Assembly: GCA_951406725.2 (NCBI GenBank)
Contig: OX597818.1
Span: 66,650,001 to 66,714,000, forward strand
Length of the DNA stretch: 64,000 bases
Reading direction: 5' to 3'
Source of the DNA: Octopus vulgaris
Lineage: Eukaryota
Under the pieces are notes generated by a model that did no database searches, was not told the origin of the DNA, and worked only from the letters and a program-made list of their open reading frames with translations. Made by a program: the position numbers and the translations under genes. Positions 1 through 10,125 of this stretch are shown here, one piece after another; within the stretch, counting starts at the first letter, position 1, and every line of letters begins with the position of its first letter.

Positions 1-228
1 TTATTATTTTTCAAGCACCCAAAATGGTGAGACCCCTTTGACACAAGAATTGATTACTTGAAAATGTCCTCTGAAAAGCTATTTCAAATAGCAAAAACCG
101 GTTGGATATCACGACATCTATAAAATATGCATAATTTTTGTTTTAATTACTTAATATAAAGATATTAAACTATGTGAAACGAAGGCATTTCTCTTTCACA
201 TTTTATATGTTTCCACATATTTTCAACC

Positions 229-290
<62 letters not shown>

Positions 291-669
291 TGTGTGTACT
301 TGAATACGCATAACCATATATATAATAGGCATACTCGTTCCCAGTTGCTAAATCATGAGTGTATTTGATCAAAGAGATATAATTTTCTCACTGTTCACTT
401 GAAAATCACACATTTAGAGAAAGATTATATAATCTGCACAGCTGAGCTATGGACGCTAGCATATCCCACCCACACACTCAATCACAAACACACACTCATT
501 CATGCATGTGTACATATAACTCTATATATATGCATGTATATATATATATATTTCTGTGTATATCTATATATATATATACATAGTTATAAATATTTCTATG
601 TATCTATATCTAGCTACCTATCTATCTATCCATCTATCTATCTATCTATATCTCTATCTCTATCTCTCT

Positions 670-737
<68 letters not shown>

Positions 738-749
738 GTGTATCAGGAG

Positions 750-1470
750 GAACAGTCAGAAATGTTGACCACGAAGTCATCTGATATAAGTTTTATGTGA
801 TGAGGAAAGGTCAATTTGTCAGAAAAAGCAAAAGAAAATCCCTACATCACATCGGAATGGAACAAACTGAAAAATCCACCGGAAGCAGATCTAATTTGGT
901 TTTTCCTGAAACGCGAAAAACTTCGACCAGGATCAAAATATTAAGAGAAGAAATGACAGATCATTATGTGCAAACCTTTCTTAAGTTCCAAGTGTTATGT
1001 ATACAAAATTTTCTGCAAGTGTCATATATTTAGTGATTATCAGCAATGAAGAACATCTGATGCCTCCTTACCTCTATCCTCAAGGCCTTAGTTAACTCTG
1101 CCGCCTAAATTGAGCTCCTGGTAACAATTGTTAAACCCTGGATAGACAATGTATATAATGGAAGGCCATGTGTGTTTCACTAAGTCTGCACCATCCCACA
1201 TAGCTCACGTAACACAGGAATGGGTGACCGAAACTTTTCATGATCACATAACACATAAAATTTGGCCTCCTAATTCCCCAAACCTCAATCCATTGCACTA
1301 TTCCACATGGATTTTCTTTTTGACAGAGAGGTCAATCAACATGCTCATAACAATAAAATATCTTTGCAACCTGCCATATTCTGAGTAAGGGTCACTTGAT
1401 TATAGCTTGTAGTTTGTTTCGATCTCATACAGAAACGACTGTTGAAGCTGAAGGTGGCTGTATTTAATAA
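750..1470 (+). pseudogene. Decayed Tc1/mariner-superfamily transposase, DD37D (maT-like)
   Basis: Broken frames read IVKPWIDNVYNGRPCVF..SAPSHIAHVTQEWVTETFHDHITHKIWPPNSPNLNPLHY and end VEAEGG. There are 37 residues between the decayed second Asp position and the NPL[D>H]Y position. Stops and frameshifts present; boundaries approximate. Confidence 0.75.
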
Positions 1471-1659
1471 CATTATAGAAAATAAGGTTTATTTTTTATA
1501 CTTATAATATTTTTTGGAAAATAAATATATAATTTGTTATTTTTGTTTTTATATATCTGTTGTTCTATAAACATAAATCTGAGCTCAAATATATTACGCA
1601 CCCTGTATCTTCATACATACATACATACATACATATGTTATATATATATATATATATAT

Positions 1660-1691
<32 letters not shown>

Positions 1692-1828
1692 GTATATGCG
1701 TGTGTGTGTGTGTGTGCGTGTGTGCGTGTGTGTATGTGTGTTAGTTGAATATTGAGAAAAAATGTCAGAATTTTTTTTTAAAATGTTTTTTTCTATATTA
1801 TTATTAACACTTTCGTTCGTTTCTCGAT

Positions 1829-1888
<60 letters not shown>

Positions 1889-2221
1889 CATATATGCATA
1901 TATCCGAGGTTTGTATTATTGTGTATAGAAAACGTATTGATGATTGCAATTACAACTATAATCCCATTACTACATTTTATTTCCAATTTTTACAATTTAC
2001 AATATTAGTAAAAAATAGTACTTTCATTCTTTACACAATCTTCGTGTTTATTTAGTCTCGGTCTTGTTGCACAGTCGATGCAGTTGGCAGTTGTGGATCA
2101 TGACTGTCACTACTTAGATAGTTGGAATACCTAACGCATGAAAGTACTAGTTTATTTCACTTTTGTACAATTATTATAATTCCATACATTAAAACGTGAA
2201 AATCAGACTGTGTAGAATTTC

Positions 2222-2271
<50 letters not shown>

Positions 2272-2432
2272 AGACGTAGGAGTGACTGTGTGGTAAGTAG
2301 CTTGCTTACGAACCACATGGTTCCAGATTCAGTCCCACTGCGTGGTACCTTAGGCAAGTGTCGTCTACTATAGCCTCGGGCCGACCAAAACCTTGTGAGT
2401 GGATTTGGTAGACGGAAACTGAAAGAAGCCCG

Positions 2433-2497
<65 letters not shown>

Positions 2498-2722
2498 TAT
2501 ACATATATATGTATGTGTGTCTATGTTTGTGTGTCCTCCCAACATCGCTTGACAACCGATGCTGGTGTGTTTACGTTCCCCTAACTTAGAGGTTCGGCAG
2601 AAGAGACCGATATAATAAGTACTAGGCTTACAAAGAATAAGTCCTGGGGTCGATCTGCTCGACTAAAGGCTGTGCTCCAGCATGACCACAGTCAAATAAC
2701 TGTAACAAGTAAAAGAGTAAAA
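2272..2722 (+). mobile_element. tRNA-derived SINE, family A (CORE-like central segment, internal (TA)n)
   Basis: A-box-like TGACTGTGTGGT, B-box-like GATTCAGTCCC, CORE-like CCTTAGGCAAGTG, internal TA microsatellite, 3' end GTGCTCCAGCATG...AAGTAAAAGAGTAAAA. At least 6 related copies in the window. Confidence 0.85.
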
Positions 2723-2727
2723 AATAG

Positions 2728-2796
<69 letters not shown>

Positions 2797-2797
<1 letters not shown>

Positions 2798-3927
2798 GCA
2801 GCGGGTGCCCGGACATGCCTTCAGTCAGGTCTACTGGCTGTCTTCCAATGGGCGGGAAAAATATGCTGCTGAACGTGGACAAATTTGAATTAATCCACTT
2901 CGGAGAATAGGATACCTTGAAACTCCCATATTCCTTTCCTTCAGGTGAAACTCCGATGGCACCCAGCAGCATCAGAGTCTTGGGAGTTATTGTGGACAAC
3001 AACAGAAGCTGGGCCCCTCATATAAAGAGCAAAGTTCACATGCCCCGCAGAATGTACTCCTGGATTCTGAGAGCTTTCAAATCGTGAGATGCCCACTCCA
3101 TTATCCTTCTCTTCTCTAATTTTTTCTGACCTCACTTTGAATACTGTTGTCCACTGTGGTCTCCCCATACATAACAAATTATCATGCGAAATGAAACACC
3201 TCAAAGGTCATTTAAAAAAAGATAAATGGCATGACAGGCCTTGAATATTGGGGTCGACTAAATAATCTCAAGCTTTATTCTCTGCAACGCCGCCGGGAGC
3301 ACCACATCATCTGCATGATGTTGAAAATATTTCATCAGTATTGTCCAAATGATGTTGGCATCTCCTTTAAGATATACCTATTTCTTTACTACCCACAAGG
3401 GGCTAAACACAGAGAAGACAAACAAGGACAGGCAATCGGATTAACTCGATTACATTGACCCCAGTGCGTAACTGGTACTTAATTTATCGACCTCGAAAGG
3501 ATGAAAGGCGAAGTTGACCTCGGCGGAATTTGAACTCAGAACGTAAAGACAGACGAAATACCGCTAAGCACTTCGCCCGGCGTGCTAACGTTTCTGCCAG
3601 CTCGCCGCCTTTAAGATATACCGATGACTTGGACCCCGTGCTATTTCCCTACAACATAAGTCATACTTGCATCAGATAACAACGAACCGGCACGAGTATT
3701 TCATGTCAACTGGTCCCTGCTCTCTTTAAAATTACACCAAATCACATTATAGATGAAACAGACCCCATAAAGTTCAAAATACCTTTAGACAAAATCCGGA
3801 TAAACCTCCTAAACATGGATATGTCCCCATAAACAATCGCTCTCTCATCGATTGTGCCGTGTTGTCATATTTCTTGATTCGAAAGAGTTTGCCAGGTGGT
3901 GCTATTAAGTTAGCCATATCCTGGCCA
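2797..3927 (+). pseudogene. 5'-truncated, decayed CR1-clade LINE (RT C-terminal part), interrupted by a SINE
   Basis: Translates as LQSGLLAVFQWA..NMLLNVDKFELIHFG..LGVIVD..WILRAFKS..EYCCPLWSP..YWGRLNNLKLYSLQRRRE, paralleling the C-terminus of the 11056-13113 protein, with stops and frameshifts. Confidence 0.85.
3379..3609 (-). mobile_element. Full-length tRNA-derived SINE, family B (Meta-domain-like core), with TSD
   Basis: Minus strand GGCGGCGAGCTGGCAGAAACGTTAG...GTTCAAATTCC...GCCTTTCATCCTTTCGAGGTCGATAAATTAAGTACCAG...AAAGAAATA. Flanked by a 13-bp direct repeat TTTAAGATATACC at 3366-3378 and 3610-3622. Confidence 0.9.
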
Positions 3928-4864
3928 TATATAAAGGGAAAATGGGTGTTTAAAATGCATTCAGAAAAAGTATTTTTTTCTTATATTTAAAGATTTAACC
4001 AATTTATCAGTTTACATTAGATATTCAAAAAGTTGAAGTAGTGAAACATGGCTTATGCAGCAGCTGTCTCGCTTCTGTCTATTAATTTAAACTTGCCCTA
4101 TTTTTATAGGGAGTTAATACCTCAAATTAATATTTTATGAATACGACTCGATTGGTAGAAACTAAAAATTCAAAATCAAATCTGACTTTACTTGTGCTTC
4201 AGAAAACATGACTTATGTTATAAGATGCACGTGCTGCCACCACCAACACTACATAGGTTCCATGGCATTATCGCTCAGACGCAGATGCACTCTGCATCGA
4301 CAGCAGATTGCAGTCCCCAGAATACAGAATGATACCCTTTAGTGCACACATTGAGAAATGCGCAAAGCAACTGCTACCAAAATTTTAAATCTTTCTATTT
4401 TATCAATGTGCCATTGGAACACCAAAACAAGTTAGTTTAAATAAGGAACCTTATCTCTTTGAAATACAATATAAAGCAAAGCTTAACCACTTCTAACATT
4501 ATATTCTTTCTAAAATAAATCATGTTACATCAATAAAACCTTGTCATTCCAAACATTTTTTTATTATTTACATAAACTCGGCTTTTCGTCCTTACTTTCG
4601 GTGAAATGAAATGAATCCTTGAATTTAAGCGTATTTTTTAATGTAATGATTTTGAAAGCTGCCATTGTCTCTAAATACATGTCACGCAATTAGACTACAT
4701 ATGTATGGTCCGTCAAAATGAGAATGAAGGACAAATATGGGAGCAGACATAATACCGTAACCAAAACTGATAGCAGAGATGTTCCACAAATATGAAATGA
4801 CATATCTATGAAATCTTGGAGATTGTTGAGTAAATGTTGGCCTAATGCTAGTAATTGCGGTGGA

Positions 4865-5032
4865 GAGTGCAAGTCGATTACAGTAGCCTCAGTGTCAAAT
4901 CGGATAATATTATTGATCTCACAAGCATTACATGTAAAGTCGACCTCGGCAGAATTTGAACTCACAACGTAAAAGAAGGACAGTTGAGAAAACCTCGAAG
5001 TATTTTTCCATACGTTTTAACGATTCTACCGC
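4865..5032 (-). mobile_element. Degenerate family B SINE
   Basis: AAAGTCGACCTCGGCAGAATTTGAACTCAC matches the family B B-box region; the flanks are diverged. Confidence 0.65.
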
Positions 5033-6800
5033 AAATATGTATCACTAACACTACTATTTTATGTAATATATGATACATACTTTGTGAAGAAGCAATAGAC
5101 TTTTCTTCGTTTACCATTTAAGAGTGCTACTTGTGGGAAAGAGTTGGCTAAAGAGACACAAGTGATCTGGCGAGGAGAGAACGACATAGAATTAAAAATT
5201 TGACTGGTATTAATTTTTGTATTTGCGAGCGTACTGAAACACAAACACCAACAAAATGTATTATTATAGATTATTTGAATTTTCTAAAGTGATAATATAT
5301 TTATTTATTTATTTTAGCATGTCAGATATTAGTAATAAATGAGTCTAAATAAACATTTTCAAAATATGTACAAAATTATTTCTTGTCATTTAAGACATGA
5401 AAATAGCGATCTTTCAAAAATGCACCAACACATTTGTACAATCGACACAGAATACAGCTGCATGCACAGGCAGAATTGCAAAGAGAAAGACACAAATATA
5501 TTAGCTTATATACAGGTATCTGAGCAAGCGATTAATCAAAGCCAACGAAGCAAAAATTCAAATACAACTTCATTTAAAATAGGAACAGCTAGACTTTCGA
5601 AATTTAGAACTATATTTTGCGAGTAAAAGTTTTATTAATAAACACAGGTCATTAACTAATAATCTAGGATACGATATGGATATGCATCTACTGTTTCAAA
5701 TATGTTAATGAAGTGCTAATCTCTGGTCTTCATTAGATATCAGGAATAAAAAGGCCTCCTTAGTTTTCTGTGGTAAATGCAAAAGTATGTCGTTTAGTGA
5801 AATACAACGTCCATCGTAAGGTGTTAAATATTCAAATATGGCAAGAAATTCCTCCCTGATTCTAATCTTCAAATTATGTAAGATTGAATGTTGTTTCATC
5901 GGTTGTTATTGTCATGACGATAGCCACAAAAAATATTAAATTACTTGTTACGATTGTGTTTCAATGTATTTGGTAAAAACAAAATTCTATGTAGATTTTC
6001 ACCAGATGTGGTTGCTGGGTAGACTGTATGTACTAACAAAAATACACAAACATTCATAAAATCGCGCGAGCAAACACGCACATACGCACCCCCCACCACC
6101 ACACACACACACATGCAGGGCGCTGAATCTTGCTTCAAGTATTGTGATAAAGAGGTAAAATACCAAAATTAGTGAAGGTGCGAAGCTTCCTTGATTGCAA
6201 TTTTTTTTCCGTTGACAGGTGTCTCCTTACAAATGGACCCCAATGTGTTTGATGAAGATCAAGTCTACCCTTGCAGATGGCGTTCAGGATGTTAGTGGTG
6301 ATCAACTGGCTGAAGTGAAATATCTCCAAACAGGTGTTCCTACCTCTTTGATGTGTCTTGTATATGTGAAGACTTTTACTGAAGACTTTTACTAAGTGAA
6401 ACTGGGTAACCTTTGAATCTTAGGATGTAGGAGAATCGGCTGATTTGTGTAACAATGTCGTTTAATCGGTTATAGATATGAACGGTCTGGTCCCGTTTTT
6501 AGCTAGTTTGGGATGTGATTGGAAGGGCCAACGTGAAGTGAAAGAAACATTCTTGGCTGGTCACTTTGGGGACAGTGGGGTGGAAATCCATACTGTATAC
6601 AGCATCTGATATATGTTTGGTCCAAAATATTTGAAAAGGCTACATCGATACGAAGTTAACTACGATCATATAAAGTAATTCATGAAGAAAAGAAAGCCAT
6701 CAGAATTTAGAATTCAATGGCCGTTTTACTGTAAATTTTAAAAGTATAGTCAAAAGAGGATCATTTTCAAATGCGACATGTTTCCCTTTTCACCCCTCCA

Positions 6801-6846
6801 TGTGTGTGTGTATATGTATATTTATATATGTATATGTGTATGTATA

Positions 6847-6933
<87 letters not shown>

Positions 6934-6961
6934 GTATGCATGAATATGTATATATATATAC

Positions 6962-7007
<46 letters not shown>

Positions 7008-7033
7008 ATGTATATATTTGTATATACATACAT

Positions 7034-7111
<78 letters not shown>
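6801..7111. repeat. Representative long (TA)n/(TG)n/(CA)n compound microsatellite (dozens more throughout the window)
   Basis: Directly visible; source of the [12 protein letters not shown] ORFs. Confidence 0.95.
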
Positions 7112-7114
<3 letters not shown>

Positions 7115-7252
7115 GATAATTGTACTAACCATTACTCGAACTTAACTCATCGTTGCTTTAAGAGCTACAATACCATAGTGTTGATTATTCAAATAAAAAG
7201 AATTCAAACGCTACGGCATTATAGCTTTTACTCTAACGGAAATGAACTAGTA

Positions 7253-7335
7253 GGTAAGATGGTGTAATGGTCAGCACAGTTAGTGCTAATATACGACCTG
7301 GGTGCTCGAGTCCCACGCGTACTCCCACCTTTTTT
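7253..7335 (+). other. tRNA-like Pol III unit (SINE head or tRNA pseudogene)
   Basis: A box TGGTGTAATGG (7260-7270), B-box-like GCTCGAGTCC and a T6 run at 7330-7335. Does not fold into a convincing cloverleaf. Confidence 0.55.
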
Positions 7336-7866
7336 CCTTCGATTGCTTCTATGCACTAATATTAGACTGTTTTCTTTAGCCAATAAACTGTAATCGTTTA
7401 TAAGTTTCACGCTTATAATTATTATATACTGAATTGTCATTCATCATCGCTTCTTCATTTAATATATATACTACATATATATGTGTGAGTGTATGTGTGC
7501 GTGTGTGTGTATCATTAGATGCCGTTTTTAATCCAATGTGTATTCGTTAATGAGCACAACATATCCGTAATACTTTTTTGCAGAATAAGTTTTCCTTCTC
7601 AAAAACGACAAAGCCTTAATTCCAGTGAAAGCTACGTTTTTGTATCGTGAACACGTATTATGAAAGATATAATACTGTAACGATAATAATAATTATTCGT
7701 AAGTACACAATATTCCTATTAACAAACACACAATAGTTTACATTATCTCAGAACTATAACATATACCAGTACTACTGTCTCCTACTGTTCAATACACCAC
7801 AGAAGTTGATATTTTGAATATTTCTATCCTTATTTGCCATTACCTATATTTATTACCTATATTTAC

Positions 7867-8358
7867 TGTTATTATCTATATTTCTTGTTGCACAAACAAC
7901 TTGGTTAAGTGACCAACAACGAATCGAAGACACTGAAAAACAATAGGTAGCTCACAACAACAGTAACAAAAAAAACACATCTTTAAATATCGCAACTGGT
8001 CGTACATTGAAGTGGAAACTTTCATTAACTCATGGTTCATTCTCTTTCAAACCGATAACATACATGCCTCAAACTTCAATTTCATTGCTAAAAGAGTTGG
8101 CCATCTCTTTAATAACCCTGCTTCATATCTCACTGTGAGAAACCTGTAACCACGTGGATAAACTAGCCCGAAATTTTTTACTCACCACAGCCCATTTAAT
8201 GTTATTATCTATATTTTTTTGTTGCACAAACAACTTGGTTAAGTGATCAACAACGAATCGAAGACACTGAAAAACAATAAATAGTTCACAACAACAGCAA
8301 CAGTAACAAAAAAAAAACACATCTTTAAATATTGCAACTGGTCATATATTGAAGTGGA
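7867..8358 (+). repeat. Two ~150-bp direct repeats in the putative LINE 5' UTR
   Basis: GTTATTATCTATATTT..TGTTGCACAAACAACTTGGTTAAGTGA.CAACAACGAATCGAAGACACTGAAAAACAATA...CACATCTTTAAATAT.GCAACTGGTC.TA.ATTGAAGTGGA at about 7867-8016 and about 8200-8358. Confidence 0.85.
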
Positions 8359-8716
8359 TACAACTACAACATTCACATCAGCAGCTAAAAGAACTAATAG
8401 ACCCGTCATTATCATCATCATCATTGTTTCCATCTACTGCTACTTCCCCTTCTTCATCTTCTCTCCCCCTCCTCCTGCTACTACTCCTAGTGGCCAAAGC
8501 CAAACATTTCATTCTACCTCGCCAGTGACCCATCCCAACCACTCTTACTTTCTCCATATCCCACCACCATAGCTCCACTAACAACTCAAGTACCATTGCT
8601 ACTACTACTACTATCTCAGCCAGTGTACAAAATCAACCACTGCTCCTTCCCCCTCTCCATTCAAGTCAAACAATTCTAAATCTCAAGCTATTCACAATCC
8701 ACCGCCCACATAAACG

Positions 8717-10125
8717 ATGACGGGTAACGGAAATCCACGGACTGCCAGCTCAGAGAGCAACACTTGCCTGGCCACAGACATCATATTGAAAATCATCTCA
8801 TCAACACAAAATCAAGATATAAAAAGTGTCTTGTCGAAATATGATATCAAACAGGAAAGTGGAGCAATATACAAAAATATTTTCACCAACTGTAAGTTTA
8901 CGATGTTAAAGAAAGCAGCAGCTTTCTTGAATGATGGTGTCCAAGTTGAGCTCACAAAACCAAACCTCACCAACTGGATTATAGCAAGGATTGAAAACTT
9001 CCTCCCGGAGACTTGCAAAATGTGTGACAAACAGTACTGCATTACATTTGGCCAAAAACCAGCTTTGGCATGCTTCATCTGTGGACAAGGAATACACGAA
9101 GCGTGCTACTTAAAAAAGATAAATAACCACATCATTCCAGATATTCTAGGCCTACACTGGCTATGCAGTTATTGTTCACCAAGGGCCACATTAACGAATG
9201 AACCTAGGACCCTACCACAGACAGGCCGTTCTAAACAGACATTGATTGGCGAAACTGACATGGCAAATAAATCCTGCCACACACAGGCCATCCAAGTGCC
9301 TCTTGTAAATGACAAGAATGAAGACAATGACATGCAAACACCTACAAAACAAGAAACAGGAGATCCTGCAGAAAAAGACCAAACTTCCCACGAAAAGAAA
9401 CAGATCCAGAGCAAACGCTCAAATGAAGGAAGGCCAGTATGTATCCATTACAGGCGCAACAAGTGCAAACATGGTCTTTCAGGTACAGGGTGCATGTACA
9501 GTCACCCCAAACCATGCAGACCATATATCAACTTCGGTACTGATCGAAAAAAAGGATGCCAAAATGGCCGAGAATGTGAACTCCTTCACCCAAAGATGTG
9601 CCGCAATTCGCTGAGAAAAAAAATGTTTTGGTGAGAATTGCAAATTTATGCACCGGAAGGGTACAATTCGCATAAAAACTACTGATCCCACACCACCAGG
9701 ACCAAGCTCAGCAGGGTATGAAAACCATTTCCCAAAAAATGCGGAAACCAGGTCATGGCTCAGCAGGGTATGAAAACCATTTCCCAAAAATGCGGAACCC
9801 AGGTCATGGCTCAACAGTGAATGAAAATCATGCTACTCAATTGCATACATCAGCTGTAACAAACCCAAACTCGCAGAAATTCGATATAGTAATGAATGAA
9901 AGCAGTTTTTTAGGCATAATCTACCAACTACAACAACAGCTGTACTCCATACAGACGACTCAGCAAAACCAGGCAACATTGATACAAAGGCTGACACCTG
10001 GACTTACAGGGCACATACAACAAATACAGACAGCCCAGCAGACCGAATATCCAGTCAGCACAGTCCCAGCAACTACAACAGTCTTGCCAACAATAGGGCA
10101 GATGTATCCGGTACAACAAGCATAA
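8717..10125 (+). CDS. LINE ORF1: PHD finger, three CCCH zinc fingers, 17-aa tandem repeat, Q-rich coiled-coil-like tail (two +1 A frame breaks)
   Basis: C4HC3 PHD: CKMC..CFIC..HEAC..WLCSYC. CCCH: CIHYRRNKCKHGLSGTGCMYSH, CRPYINFGTDRKKGCQNGRECELLH and CRNSLRKK/CFGENCKFMH. Removing one A from 9616-9623 and one from 9734-9739 joins ORFs 8717-9634 and 9718-10125 into about 468 aa. Confidence 0.85.

Noticed and set aside
5640-6760. Possible decayed minus-strand LINE
   Set aside because: Only vague RT-like fragments; no motif I can support.
7500-7870. Target-site duplication for the full-length CR1
   Set aside because: No convincing match to the sequence after the (AAATG)4 tail, so the 5' boundary is left approximate.
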